Shown here: in pieces, positions 17,863 through 28,760 of the stretch
Layout of the letters: the number at the start of each line of letters is the position of its first letter
Numbering within the stretch: the first letter of the stretch is position 1
Assembly (NCBI GenBank): GCA_041671485.1
Contig: JBAZBL010000005.1
Span: 19,296-83,295, forward strand
Origin: Minisyncoccota bacterium
GTDB taxonomy: Bacteria; Patescibacteriota; Minisyncoccia; Phycocordibacterales; PALSA-1337
DNA length: 64,000 nt
Direction: 5' to 3'
Position numbers and translations under genes: made by a program
Notes under the pieces: generated by a model
Told to the model about the DNA's origin: nothing
Database searches by the model: none
The model's input: only the letters and a program-made list of their open reading frames with translations

Positions 17863-18808
17863 CATTTGATTTGTCTCGCATCACTGCGAGGATCGGACTA
17901 TATCATCACCCTGAGTCACTTTATAACAGAGGGGTTCGGCGTTTGATAAAGAATCTTATTGATTCTTTATCTCACTATATTGAAAACACTTTTATGTTTT
18001 CTCAAGATCAGTCTCTGAGGGGTCAAGTTACTTATTTGGTGGTAATTTATACATAAAACAAGAAAGAATATATGGTCTCACGATTTCCAAGAATCGTTCT
18101 CGACCATTTTTACCGATATACAATTTTGTATATCGTTTACCTCTTGAGCTTGGAGTTTGAATTGTGGAATTGATTCCAAAATTTTCTTTCAAAGCTTCTT
18201 GAAGTAATTTTGTTTCTTCAACAGTGAAATCATCAGCACTTATAGAAAATGAATAATGTGATTTCTCTCGATAATCGAGAGTTCCATCATCCATAAACCA
18301 TACCGCTAAGGAAATCGGTGAATTCAGGATATTCTTAATAGAGTGAGGAACTATCTTTCTTCTATTCTCGTAGAATATTTTTCTGAACTCTTCCAATAAC
18401 CTCAACGATCTAGTACTGAAATACCATTGAAGAGTGTCAGGTCTTTGTTTGGGTAAAGTTCTTACTAGATTAGCTAAATTTTCATATAGCCATATAACGT
18501 ATTCTTTCTTCCTGTCTGCCTGCTTTATTTGCAAGCGAGAAGCTTTAAATTTGTCATACTCTAGTGATCCGTCACCAAGCAAGGTGCCAACAATTATATC
18601 TTTTTGTATTTGTGATAAATCCATTGTGCCAATTATAACTGACTTCCCTGCTGATTGTCTGCAATTCCCTTTACATCAGGGCAGCGCATTGCAGATTTCC
18701 AGCATATAAGCCGAATTTGCACTGAATCTTGCGATTCAGTGTCGCACCGCGGATTACATACGAGTGCAAGTGATTATATATTCACTATGTTGCTTAAATT
18801 TTAATTTT
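17863..18808 (-). other. group I-type intron in 16S rRNA (after the E. coli ~U516 equivalent)
   Basis: The 5' exon GGUUGCUAAACUCGU ends in U. The intron ends in G immediately before the 3' exon GCCAGCAGCAGCGGUAAUAC. The exons rejoin to the universal 505-536 sequence. It contains the LAGLIDADG ORF. Confidence 0.75.
18028..18624 (-). CDS. LAGLIDADG homing endonuclease (double-motif) encoded within the 16S intron
   Basis: IVGTLLGDGSL and AVWFMDDGT motifs. 198 aa. Confidence 0.85.
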   Translation of the reverse strand: MDLSQIQKDIIVGTLLGDGSLEYDKFKASRLQIKQADRKKEYVIWLYENLANLVRTLPKQRPDTLQWYFSTRSLRLLEEFRKIFYENRRKIVPHSIKNILNSPISLAVWFMDDGTLDYREKSHYSFSISADDFTVEETKLLQEALKENFGINSTIQTPSSRGKRYTKLYIGKNGRERFLEIVRPYILSCFMYKLPPNK

Positions 18809-18945
18809 ACGAGTTTAGCAACCTCTTATTCTCCAGGTACAATCATCCGCCGTTAGGCGAATTTTTCCCTGGCAAAAGGAGTTTACATACCTAAGTACTT
18901 CATCCTCCACGCGGCGTCGCTCCGTCAGACTTTCGTCCATTGCGG

Positions 18946-18976
<31 letters not shown>

Positions 18977-19695
18977 ATGGACCGTATCTCAGTTCCATCG
19001 GTGGGGGTCACCCTCTCAGGTCCCCTAGGCGTCATAGCCTTGGTAGGCTTTTACCCTACCAACTAGCTGATACCGAAGAGGCTACTCCCAGAGCGTCTTA
19101 CGACTTTACCACACTCCGCTCGCTGATGCTCAGCGAGCTCCGCGTGGCAAGCTCCTTTGATGAGAGCTCGCCCCGCAAAGCTCATTGCGCAGCAATGAGC
19201 GAAGTGGGGACTATCGGGAATTACCCCCGCTTTCGCGGGACTATGCCCAACTCTAGGGTGTATACCTCTTTATTACTACCTCGTCTGCCGCTCCCCTCGA
19301 TTGCTCTCGGGGCGCTCGACTTGCATGCCTTATCCACGCCGCCAGCGTTCATCCTGAGCTAGGATCAAACTCTTAACTATAAATGAACGGAACAAAATAG
19401 AGAGCTGAATTTCTCCGAAGGAGAAATTCATCCAGAGGCACAAGCCTAGGAATTTCTATTTTTTATTCATTTGAGTTATACGATCTATAGCTCTATTTGG
19501 AATTCTAAATTGGAATAAATATTTTAATGTTTCTTGCACTATCCTTAAAGCTCCGATAAGAGCAAAAAAGGACAATTTTTACATTCTCTTTATTTGACTT
19601 TCAAAGTACTAGCCGTTTTTGACGGCGTCTCTACATACTACTTGAGCCAGAAATAAAGTCAAGGCGGTGTTTGCTCTCTTAAATTCTAAATCCCA

Positions 19696-20094
19696 TCAAT
19701 GATTAAAACCTATTGGACCTTTTGGTTTTATTGGTTCTTCTAAAAATTTTCCTAAAATAGAATAAATAGCATTTATATGCTTATTTTGTACCTTTTGTTC
19801 CATTTCCAACTCCTCAATCTTGTATGATAACTCTTTATTTGAAGACAAGATCTCACGAATTTTTATAAATGTTCGAATAATGAATATATTCATTTGAACA
19901 GCACGTTTACTGTTGAGTACCGAGGAAAGCATAGAGACACCTTGTTCAGTAAAAGCAAACGGTAATTGATGAGAAAATCTCAATCCAGATAGGTGGTCAC
20001 AATTTGTGACCACCTCATCTTTTTCTATTTTAGTTAATTGGAACATGAAATCAGTCGGAAATCTTTGTGAATTCCTTTTTACTTGTTGATTCAA
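19696..20094 (-). CDS. ORF6N-domain protein (phage Rha/KilA-N-like). The homologous frame extends to ~20240 without an ATG.
   Basis: RFPTDFMFQLTKIE...LPFAFTEQGVSMLSSVLNSKRAVQMNIFIIRTF is an ORF6N signature. The upstream in-frame REVKVILDVDLAKLYGVTTKVLNQ matches the usual ORF6N N-terminus. Confidence 0.6.
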   Translation of the reverse strand: MNQQVKRNSQRFPTDFMFQLTKIEKDEVVTNCDHLSGLRFSHQLPFAFTEQGVSMLSSVLNSKRAVQMNIFIIRTFIKIREILSSNKELSYKIEELEMEQKVQNKHINAIYSILGKFLEEPIKPKGPIGFNH

Positions 20095-20265
20095 TACTTT
20101 CGTAGTTACACCGTAAAGCTTCGCTAAATCTACATCTAATATTACTTTTACTTCACGGATTAATAAAATTCGTTCGGAAATCGATCCAATTGGGATAAGC
20201 GACAGATTCTTCTTTGAAGTTATTTTTGGCGTGGACAGAATTGTATCAAATACTTTTAAACAAAT

Positions 20266-20850
20266 CTAATAAAACCAGGGAAAAATACCCACTCTAGTCT
20301 TATATTCTTCCCATGTATGGCCGAACCTATTAGCAAGAAATGATTCTTCTTTTTTGATTACATGAGATATAAAGAATATAGCTGGTATCGTCAATATTAT
20401 CAGAAAATAGTTTAATTGAGCATACAAACCAATTGCAAAAAGTATTGCACCGATATAATACGGATGTCTTGATACCTTATATGGACCATTTATAAACAAC
20501 AATTCCCCAGAATCATCACCCATGAATCCCCAATCACTTTTCCTCCCAAATCTAGTCCATGCCATAAGAGATAATCCAATAATTGATATAATTGTCCCTA
20601 TCAAAAAGATATAAACATTTGTGGAACTCTTAATGAAACCGAATATTATCAGTATGGGTATAAAGAAAAGAATAATTATTTCGATGACTTTTCTCATCAA
20701 AAAGATAAAGAAGGTTGTTCTCTTTTTATCTCTTTTTCCTAGAAATAAAGTAAAGCTATTTCGAAAAACAAAAAACAATATCAATAATATAGCTGTAAAT
20801 ATCTTCATCATTAAAATTATATTACTTCTTCGCCCTCTTCCACTTCTCAA
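20266..20850 (-). CDS. isoprenylcysteine carboxyl methyltransferase (ICMT/PEMT) family membrane protein
   Basis: VSRHPYYIGAILFAIG...EESFLANRFGHTWEEYKTRVGIFPW. Confidence 0.65.
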   Translation of the reverse strand: MRSGRGRRSNIILMMKIFTAILLILFFVFRNSFTLFLGKRDKKRTTFFIFLMRKVIEIIILFFIPILIIFGFIKSSTNVYIFLIGTIISIIGLSLMAWTRFGRKSDWGFMGDDSGELLFINGPYKVSRHPYYIGAILFAIGLYAQLNYFLIILTIPAIFFISHVIKKEESFLANRFGHTWEEYKTRVGIFPWFY

Positions 20851-21718
20851 TAGTCACCAGAAGTGGTGAAGCAATAAATATCGAAGAATACGTCCCAAAC
20901 GCAATGCCGATGATAAGCGCTAGAGTGAAGTGTTGAGTAGTTTCTCCACCAACAAAATATAAGACAATCAGTGCGATAAGTGTAGTAAGTGAAGTATTAA
21001 TTGATCGTGTAAAAGTCTGACTAATACTAGAACCTACGATCGTTGCAAATGACTTATTTGATGTAGCATTCTTGAGATTTTCACGCACACGGTCGAAGAC
21101 AACTATAGTGTCATGAACAGAGAAACCAAGAATAACTAAAAGAGCTGTGATAAATAGCGTATCCACTTCATATCCAAAGAAATGTCCTAGAACAGAAAAG
21201 ACACCGATTGGTATAATAACATCATGCATAAGTGAAGCAACAACTATCAAACCATATTTCCAAGAAGAGATTGGTTCTGACACCTTTCTGAAGGCAAATG
21301 TAATATATAAGACAATACCCAGAATGACAAAAATAATTGACCAATATGCTTTTCGCATTGCTTCTTCACCCAATACAGGACCGACCGAATCAAAAGTCTT
21401 CTCAATAAATTGAAGTTTATTATCAAAATTAAGAGCTTGTTTGATTGTTGCATGTTCGTCTTCATTTATCGTCTTCATTCTAATGATGAAATCTGTATCA
21501 CCACTTGGGCGTACAGATACATTCTTGTCTATTGAGGACAACACTTCGATGACAGATCCTTGACTCGGCCTATCTGATGAATATGATATATCGATAAGTG
21601 TACCTCCTGAAAAATCAATACCTGGTTTTAAACCCCAAATTATTACCGATACAATAGAAGCTAGGACCAATATCCCTGAAATTGTATAAAATATTTTTCT
21701 ATTATTGATGATCCACAT
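20822..21718 (-). CDS. secF: protein translocase subunit SecF
   Basis: GIDFSGGTLIDISY...SVHDTIVVFDRVREN with 6 TM. Adjacent to secD. Confidence 0.85.
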   Translation of the reverse strand: MWIINNRKIFYTISGILVLASIVSVIIWGLKPGIDFSGGTLIDISYSSDRPSQGSVIEVLSSIDKNVSVRPSGDTDFIIRMKTINEDEHATIKQALNFDNKLQFIEKTFDSVGPVLGEEAMRKAYWSIIFVILGIVLYITFAFRKVSEPISSWKYGLIVVASLMHDVIIPIGVFSVLGHFFGYEVDTLFITALLVILGFSVHDTIVVFDRVRENLKNATSNKSFATIVGSSISQTFTRSINTSLTTLIALIVLYFVGGETTQHFTLALIIGIAFGTYSSIFIASPLLVTIEKWKRAKK

Positions 21719-21722
21719 GGCT

Positions 21723-23111
21723 TTAATTTATTACCTTTCTTCTCCTAAATCCATTACTGATAAGAAATGTTGTCAATTTTGTCTGTCTAATTGGAGCTAC
21801 GGCATACAAAAATAATCTCGAAACAATAATTGCTGTAAACATTGAAACAAGAACGCCAATGAAAAATACTAAAGCAAAACCAGTCACAACCGAAGTGCTA
21901 CCAAAGTAATACAAGATTGCACCTGTTATAAGACTAGATATATTTGAATCTCTGATAGATGTCCATGCGCGCGCAAAACCTTCATGCATTGCATCCCAAA
22001 TACCGCGACCACGCTCCAATTCTTCTTTCATTCTCTCAAATATGAGAATGTTTGCATCTACTGCCATACCGATCGTTATGATAAATCCAGCAATACCAGC
22101 AGCAGTCAATGTAACAGGAATTAGTTTGAAGAGAGTAAGCATAATAGCAGTATAGATACCTAGAGCAAATACTGCTACAAAACCCGGCAATCTATACCAA
22201 ATAATCAAAAATATACTTATGAGAATAAAAGCGATAATACCTGAACGAACACCTCCATCAACGGCCGCTTGTCCTAGAGTAGGACCTATTGTTTGCGTAG
22301 AAATAAGAGTGATGGGTACAGGCAATGCACCATAATTCAAATCTCTTACCAATCTCTGTGCTTCTTCCAGTTTGAAACTACCACTTATCTCACCACGACC
22401 ATTTGTTATTGCATCACGAATGACTGGAACTGATATTGGACTGCCATCTAGAAATATTCCCAAATAATCACCAATATGCTCTTTTGTTATAGATGCAAAT
22501 AATTCCCTACCCTCGGTGGTAAAATTCAATCCAACCGTTGGTTGATTGGTCGTTGGATTGAATTCGAGTGAAGCACGAGCAACCATCCTTCCCGTAAGAC
22601 CAGTTGGCTTGAATAAAGCTAGATATGCTGCATTTTGTTCTTGGTCTGGAGTAGTACCTTGAAGTGTTGAAGTGGCATTAGAAGATTCAAATTTTTGAAG
22701 TTCTTTGGCTGTAACAAGTCGAAATTCTAGTAATGGTGTTGCACCTATAGATCTTGAAGCTTCTTGGACATCTGTAACACCAGGTAATTCTACGACAAGT
22801 TTATAAGCACTTTCTTTGGAGCTCAAGGCTGCATCCTCTTCTGTCTGGACTAATGGTTCACTTACACCAAAAAGATTGACTCTTCTCTCTACAACATCTC
22901 GGAGAGAAGACATAGATGTACTTATATCACTAGGGTCCAATTGAGACACGTCTGCTTTGTATACTAGATGAGAACCACCAGAAAGATCCAATCCCAAATG
23001 AAAAGGACGAAATCCGAGTTTTGAATCAGGAAATTGTGTAGCATATGTGAAATAACCGATCAAAACCGCCAACATTAGAAGATAAATGGCTTTTATGCGA
23101 TGTTTGAACAT
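21723..23111 (-). CDS. secD: protein translocase subunit SecD
   Basis: GLDLSGGSHLVYKAD...GLTGRMVARASLEFN...TAAGIAGFIITIGMAVDANILIFER. Confidence 0.85.
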   Translation of the reverse strand: MFKHRIKAIYLLMLAVLIGYFTYATQFPDSKLGFRPFHLGLDLSGGSHLVYKADVSQLDPSDISTSMSSLRDVVERRVNLFGVSEPLVQTEEDAALSSKESAYKLVVELPGVTDVQEASRSIGATPLLEFRLVTAKELQKFESSNATSTLQGTTPDQEQNAAYLALFKPTGLTGRMVARASLEFNPTTNQPTVGLNFTTEGRELFASITKEHIGDYLGIFLDGSPISVPVIRDAITNGRGEISGSFKLEEAQRLVRDLNYGALPVPITLISTQTIGPTLGQAAVDGGVRSGIIAFILISIFLIIWYRLPGFVAVFALGIYTAIMLTLFKLIPVTLTAAGIAGFIITIGMAVDANILIFERMKEELERGRGIWDAMHEGFARAWTSIRDSNISSLITGAILYYFGSTSVVTGFALVFFIGVLVSMFTAIIVSRLFLYAVAPIRQTKLTTFLISNGFRRRKVIN

Positions 23112-23212
23112 GATTTGATTATTTTACAGATTTCTATGAGGAAAGCAAACATATATATAAAGACTAACTTCCAATCATGATTCCAATAGGGATTAGTTCT
23201 TGACATACCTAT

Positions 23213-24607
23213 TCACACCCCTTGACGTGACAAAAGTGCTTTTGCTGTCTGAAAAGCTATCCTTATATCCAAGAATGGTGATCTATTTTTGACATAATAG
23301 AGATCATAAGAGAGTTTATCTCTCGTATCCCCTACCGCAACAGCATGATGTGGATGAGCGTGATGATATATCTGTGCCCAACCAGAAAGACCCGGTTTTA
23401 CGAGGTGGCGTACATGATAATATGGAATCTCTTTCTCATATATTTTCACAAGATCTGGCAACTCTGGACGAGGGCCGATGAGAGATTGATCTCCTTTTAT
23501 AACACTCCAAAGTTGGGGCAATTCATCTAAACGCATAAGACGAATAAACTTACCTATACGTGTTACTCGCAATTGTGTCTTTCCACCATTTGCAATATAA
23601 GAACCACAGTCATTCGATGTCATACTTCTAAATTTTATTATATCAATTTGCTTATTTCTCCTACCAATACGCTTCTGTTTTATAAAAGCAGTACCACCAT
23701 CTTCCAGTCTTATCAAAATGCATAAAAATGGATATAAGAGTAGTGAGACTATACCAAGTGTAAGAGCTATCATGATATCCATAAATCTTTTTACAAAATC
23801 AAATACTCTTCTTTCTCCCATGGCTAAACCTGCATTTTCTACAAACCATTTCTCTCCAATCATAGCAAGTGGGATTCTATCAAATATAGCTTCATACAAT
23901 TTGCTAGCATCTATTATTTGTTTACCAGAAAATGCTTGAGAATATAGAAAAGGCATAATTGATTCTATAGATTTGTCGCGCAAATCAGCAACAATTATGG
24001 TAGCCTTTGATAATTGTAGCTTTTCAGATATTAGAGAGGCTAGTGATTCATGGCTTTGCGATGAATTAACTCTATCCTTGAAAAACAAACTATATCTCAT
24101 ATTCGAATTTACCTCATCATAAAGGTCCTGAATATCGTCGTTATTACCTATGAGAATAGCCGGTTGCGCTCTCGATGAGCCAAATACTGGAAACATTACT
24201 ATCCTCCATAGGAACAGTACTGCAGTTGAGATAATAAAGAAGATCGCCAAATTTGCCTTTGGTGTAATAGAAACTGGTGCAATATAGAAGAATGCAATTC
24301 CTACAAAAATATTGATTATTTGTGCTTTCAGGAGCAAACTTTGTATTTTGCCTCGAAAGAAAGTCGACTGTTTATTGTAAAGTCCTGCACTAAAAATGAC
24401 TATGAGAAATAAGATGAAAAGTATGGAAAAGGAGGGAAGGTGACTAATAAGTAATGTTCTAGTCGGAATTTCGCCATAACGAACAGTGAGAGTCAAAATA
24501 AGCGAGAATAAATAGGCCAAAATATCGCCAATTACTAGTATTAATACCCTATTTTGATTGTTTAAATTCACGACATATACGATACCACAATTTGCCAGTA
24601 ATTTCAA
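23213..24607 (-). CDS. polyprenyl glycosylphosphotransferase (bacterial sugar transferase, WbaP/CpsE-like)
   Basis: C-terminal KFRSM...RLDELPQLWSVIKGDQSLIGPRPE...KPGLSGWAQI with N-terminal TM helices. Confidence 0.8.
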   Translation of the reverse strand: MKLLANCGIVYVVNLNNQNRVLILVIGDILAYLFSLILTLTVRYGEIPTRTLLISHLPSFSILFILFLIVIFSAGLYNKQSTFFRGKIQSLLLKAQIINIFVGIAFFYIAPVSITPKANLAIFFIISTAVLFLWRIVMFPVFGSSRAQPAILIGNNDDIQDLYDEVNSNMRYSLFFKDRVNSSQSHESLASLISEKLQLSKATIIVADLRDKSIESIMPFLYSQAFSGKQIIDASKLYEAIFDRIPLAMIGEKWFVENAGLAMGERRVFDFVKRFMDIMIALTLGIVSLLLYPFLCILIRLEDGGTAFIKQKRIGRRNKQIDIIKFRSMTSNDCGSYIANGGKTQLRVTRIGKFIRLMRLDELPQLWSVIKGDQSLIGPRPELPDLVKIYEKEIPYYHVRHLVKPGLSGWAQIYHHAHPHHAVAVGDTRDKLSYDLYYVKNRSPFLDIRIAFQTAKALLSRQGV

Positions 24608-25760
24608 TATGTGTTACGTTATTGTTATGAAAATACTTTATATAATAACCAAGTCCAATTGGGGTGGAGCGCAAAGACACGTTTATGATCTTGCTCTATC
24701 TATGAAAGAAAAAAGTCATACTCCTATTGTCGCTTTGGGTGGAAATGGACTTTTGATGAAGAGACTCGAAGATGCTGGAATAAAGACATATCCTATAAAT
24801 TCTTTGAATAGAGATATTTCTATGAATGAAGACGCTACTTCATTTATGGATATCTTTAGGATAATAAAAAGAGAGCGTCCAGATATATTACATTTGCATA
24901 GTCCAAAAGCTGCTGGGCTTGGATCTTTTGCTGGCAAACTCTTGAGAGTCAAAAAAACAATAGTAACTGTACACGGATGGTCATTCAATGAAGATAGACC
25001 CATTTCCCAGAGAATAATCATTGCATTTTTCTCATGGCTAACTATGCTTCTATCAGATAAGACTATACTCCTTTCTCTAAGAGAATATTCTCAAGCAATG
25101 CATTTTCCTTGGGTAAAAAACAAATTAACTATTATCCCACTCGGTATAAAACAGCCCATATTTCTATCGATTGACGGAGCAAGACAAGAGATAGGTAGAA
25201 GGATTGGTCTTGACTTAAATGAGATCGGCAAAAAGATGATTCTTGGCACAGTTACAGAATTGCATCCAAACAAAGGTCTATTTTATCTCATAAATGCATT
25301 GGAACAAGTATTGCCACAAAATCCAAACCTTGTTTGTATCATTATAGGAGATGGTGAAGAAGCTACATCTCTCAATCTACTCATCAAATCAAAGAAATTG
25401 GAGAACAATGTATATCTTCTAGGATATATAGACAATGCTTCTGAATATTTAAAAGCATTCAATCTCTTTGTATTACCATCGGTCAAAGAGGGTTTACCAT
25501 ATGTGATACTCGAAGCAGGTTTTGCATCATTACCAGTAATTGCAACAACGGTTGGTGGTATTCCAGAAATTGTAGAAGATATGAAATCTGGTGTTTTAGT
25601 ACAATCCAAAAATATTCGTGAATTGGCACATGCTATATCTTTTATGATAGAACATCCCAATATGAGACGTGAATATAGTGCAAACTTACGAGAAAGTGTT
25701 GCACAAAAGTTTTTATTCGAAAAGATGACTAGTGAAATATCAAACTTGTATTTAGGCTGA
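24558..25760 (+). CDS. glycosyltransferase family 4 (GT-B, group 1). The true start is likely MKILYIIT at ~24633.
   Basis: N-terminal ...WGGAQRHVYDLA and C-terminal EGLPYVILEAGFASLPVIATTVGGIPEIV. Confidence 0.75.
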   Translation: MFKFTTYTIPQFASNFNMCYVIVMKILYIITKSNWGGAQRHVYDLALSMKEKSHTPIVALGGNGLLMKRLEDAGIKTYPINSLNRDISMNEDATSFMDIFRIIKRERPDILHLHSPKAAGLGSFAGKLLRVKKTIVTVHGWSFNEDRPISQRIIIAFFSWLTMLLSDKTILLSLREYSQAMHFPWVKNKLTIIPLGIKQPIFLSIDGARQEIGRRIGLDLNEIGKKMILGTVTELHPNKGLFYLINALEQVLPQNPNLVCIIIGDGEEATSLNLLIKSKKLENNVYLLGYIDNASEYLKAFNLFVLPSVKEGLPYVILEAGFASLPVIATTVGGIPEIVEDMKSGVLVQSKNIRELAHAISFMIEHPNMRREYSANLRESVAQKFLFEKMTSEISNLYLG

Positions 25761-25801
25761 TTTTGCAAAGTCTCTAGATTGGGGTATCTTTGTTTTATTA
25801 A

Positions 25802-26914
25802 TTACTGTGGACCGATAAATTCATTCTTTGCTTCGGATTTGTGTATTGGTCTTTGGTATCTTCGCATTGCCATAAGTATTCCTAAAGCCGAAAATTCTAT
25901 AAGTAAATGTGTTCCGCCATAACTCATAAAAGGCAATGGTGTACCAGTTACAGGCAAAAGGTGTATATTCATGCCTACATTTACTGCAATATGAACAATA
26001 AAAAATACAGCTACGCCCGCCCCATACAAAATCTCAAAATTAGTTGCACCTCGTGTCGCATTTACTATGATTCGCCAGATTATCACACCGTATAGTGAGA
26101 ACAATATTATTACCCCTACGAAGCCCCACTCCTCGGCAAATGCAGCAAAAATAAAATCTGTTTGATATTCAGGCAAGAATTTCAAACGTGATTGTGTACC
26201 ATAGCCAACTCCTTTACCAAACAATTCTCCAGAACCAACTGCAACCATTGATTGATAGGCGTTATATCCTGCACCACGAATATCTGCCAAAGGATTGATA
26301 AAGCTCTTTATACGATCTCTTTGATAGTCTGCAAAACCGAAATTCCACAATAAAATAAAAGATACTATAGCCAATGCCATCATTCCAAAAAGATGTCTTT
26401 TGGAAATACCGGAAACCATTACCATTCCAAGCCATATGAAAAATATAATCATTGCTGAACCAATATCTGGATGCATGAGTACAAATACGAAAAATACAAA
26501 AGTATATAGACCAGAAACCAATATATGACGGACATTTGCTATTTCAATATGCCTACGAGAGAAATACTTTGCCAAAATAATTATAAGAGCCAATTTGGCA
26601 AAATCTGCTGGTTGAAATGAAAACTCTCCAAAAGAAAACCAACTTTGTGCACCATGAGATACTTTTCCCAAAAGAGTAAGCGCTCCAAGTGATAAAAAAG
26701 AAATACAAAATAAAATAACCGATATAGTAGTCGATCTCAAAACACGCATATCGATCAAACTCAAACCAAAAAAGGCAATTACAGCAACAATAATACCTAT
26801 AAACTGATGAGACGCATAAGTAGTGCCATCAGTAAATGAATGCATTGTCACAAGGCCAACTGCCGAGATAGGTAATATGGCCCCAAAAAGCCACCAGTCT
26901 ATTTTTGTCTTCAT
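25802..26914 (-). CDS. SEDS-family peptidoglycan glycosyltransferase (RodA/FtsW)
   Basis: SMVAVGSGELFGKGVGYGTQ...LPEYQTDFIFAAFAEEWGF...PLPFMSYGGTHLL. Confidence 0.85.
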   Translation of the reverse strand: MKTKIDWWLFGAILPISAVGLVTMHSFTDGTTYASHQFIGIIVAVIAFFGLSLIDMRVLRSTTISVILFCISFLSLGALTLLGKVSHGAQSWFSFGEFSFQPADFAKLALIIILAKYFSRRHIEIANVRHILVSGLYTFVFFVFVLMHPDIGSAMIIFFIWLGMVMVSGISKRHLFGMMALAIVSFILLWNFGFADYQRDRIKSFINPLADIRGAGYNAYQSMVAVGSGELFGKGVGYGTQSRLKFLPEYQTDFIFAAFAEEWGFVGVIILFSLYGVIIWRIIVNATRGATNFEILYGAGVAVFFIVHIAVNVGMNIHLLPVTGTPLPFMSYGGTHLLIEFSALGILMAMRRYQRPIHKSEAKNEFIGPQ

Positions 26915-26918
26915 CCTT

Positions 26919-27671
26919 CTATTCTGCCACAGGAAGGACTTCTATGGAAACTACTTCTCCATTTCTATCTATTGGCCAAGTAAATGGAGCCACCGCAGTA
27001 CCAGAGGCTTCAATACCATCTATAATTGTCTTGGAAAATCCTATAGCATTCCCTGATCTATCATATAGGACTACATATACTGACAATCTACCAAGTGGTA
27101 ATACACCATTATTCTTGAAATTTACTGTCAAAGAAGAATTACCTTCTTCTTTGTATTGTTTATCTACAATAATTAGAGAATTCAAACCATCTTCTGTTTT
27201 TAACCATTGTGGTGAATTCGTAAATTCAAATAATACTTTTGCAGGAATTCTTGCCCCAACATTTACCGCACTCTGAAAAGCAATAGTATTCCTTCGTGGA
27301 GGCAAAGTTACCATACCATTTAATTCTGTGATCAATATTCCTTTACTATCATATAATTGCATCTTATATGGTACACTTTTTGCTTCTCCACTAATATTTG
27401 GATTTTTGATATAAGCAGCAACATTATATAGACCAGGAGCAAGCTCTTCAAGCCTTGTCCAATTGACAACTGGTGGCAAGAATTCACTTTGACATAACTT
27501 TACACAACTACCGCCACAATCTATATTTTGTTCTTTGCCATTCTGTATTCCATCAAAACAATTTGGTACCTTGTAAAATATTTTCCATGCTGGGATAGCA
27601 ATCAAAACTATAAGGACGATTACTAATCCGCCACCATAAGTTAACTTTCTTTGTTTGACCCAAGAAGACAT
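26919..27671 (-). CDS. hypothetical membrane-anchored extracytoplasmic protein
   Basis: 250 aa with an N-terminal TM and a Cys cluster (CFDGIQNGKEQNIDCGGSCVKLC). Confidence 0.4.
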   Translation of the reverse strand: MSSWVKQRKLTYGGGLVIVLIVLIAIPAWKIFYKVPNCFDGIQNGKEQNIDCGGSCVKLCQSEFLPPVVNWTRLEELAPGLYNVAAYIKNPNISGEAKSVPYKMQLYDSKGILITELNGMVTLPPRRNTIAFQSAVNVGARIPAKVLFEFTNSPQWLKTEDGLNSLIIVDKQYKEEGNSSLTVNFKNNGVLPLGRLSVYVVLYDRSGNAIGFSKTIIDGIEASGTAVAPFTWPIDRNGEVVSIEVLPVAE

Positions 27672-28684
27672 TATTGCGTGACTGGCACTTCTTCACTCCC
27701 TTGCATGCCTGTATCAATCTCCTGTTGGAGTTGTTGTTGCATAAGTGTTGCCTTTATCCTTGCTTCTTCTCCTTTCATTCTTGCAGTATTCAAACTTACC
27801 AATACAACCGAAGAAAGTACCCCAATAATCACTATAGGAGCTACTATTCCTACACATAAGAAGGCTATTAACCATTTCTTGAAACTGCTAGTCATTACAC
27901 CAGTAGAACGAGTAGCTTTTAGAGACTCATACAGTTTATACATATATGCAATTGCAAACGGACCAATTACTACACCCAAAGCAAGATTTATTAGAAGTAT
28001 TAGTATTGTAGTTACAATTGAATCTCCTACTACACTTGCAATGAGAAAGGAAAGGATCGCCACAACAATATATACAGCAAACATGACCAATCCCAATATC
28101 AGAAAACGCCCAAGAACTCCCCACCACCTACCTTTCACAAGACTGAAACTTTCTGTCAAAGCACTAAAGCCCCTTTTATCATCTACAAAGAGCGTCATAG
28201 TGTAAAAAGATACATATATAGCGACAATAATTCCAGGGATTACAAACAAAGAAAATGATCCAAATACAACCAGACTCTCGATCAATATAACCAATAAGAA
28301 TGACCAAAAATATTTGAAGCCGAAAGAATATTGTTCCTTTACTGATATTACAGCCATCGGATTTTCAGAATATTTCCTGATAGTATCGATAAGTGCACCC
28401 TGCATGTATATAGAGAAAATGATAGCCGCAACTATCAAAATAAAGGCCAATATTCCTGCTATTATAGGAATTGGTATATTTACCAATAATTGGCCAGCTA
28501 TACTTATTACTGATGGCACAGCTGCAATCATTATAAACACTTTCCAGTGAGATTTGAAAAGATTCCATGCATCTTTGAGTAGGATAGTTGGTCCAGCCAA
28601 AACACCCACCGAAACTTCATTATTTGTAGTTAAAGTATTTGGTTCCATGATAATAAGACAATTATGATAATAACCTAACGACAC
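27671..28684 (-). CDS. hypothetical polytopic membrane protein
   Basis: 337 aa with ~7 TM and a C-terminal coiled/charged tail. The start overlaps the downstream ORF by one codon. Confidence 0.4.
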   Translation of the reverse strand: MSLGYYHNCLIIMEPNTLTTNNEVSVGVLAGPTILLKDAWNLFKSHWKVFIMIAAVPSVISIAGQLLVNIPIPIIAGILAFILIVAAIIFSIYMQGALIDTIRKYSENPMAVISVKEQYSFGFKYFWSFLLVILIESLVVFGSFSLFVIPGIIVAIYVSFYTMTLFVDDKRGFSALTESFSLVKGRWWGVLGRFLILGLVMFAVYIVVAILSFLIASVVGDSIVTTILILLINLALGVVIGPFAIAYMYKLYESLKATRSTGVMTSSFKKWLIAFLCVGIVAPIVIIGVLSSVVLVSLNTARMKGEEARIKATLMQQQLQQEIDTGMQGSEEVPVTQ

Positions 28685-28760
28685 CTATATTATAGTAGAT
28701 AAATGTCAATACGCCAAATGGCGGACAAAGTATAAATGTCAATCTAGATTGAATCCTATG

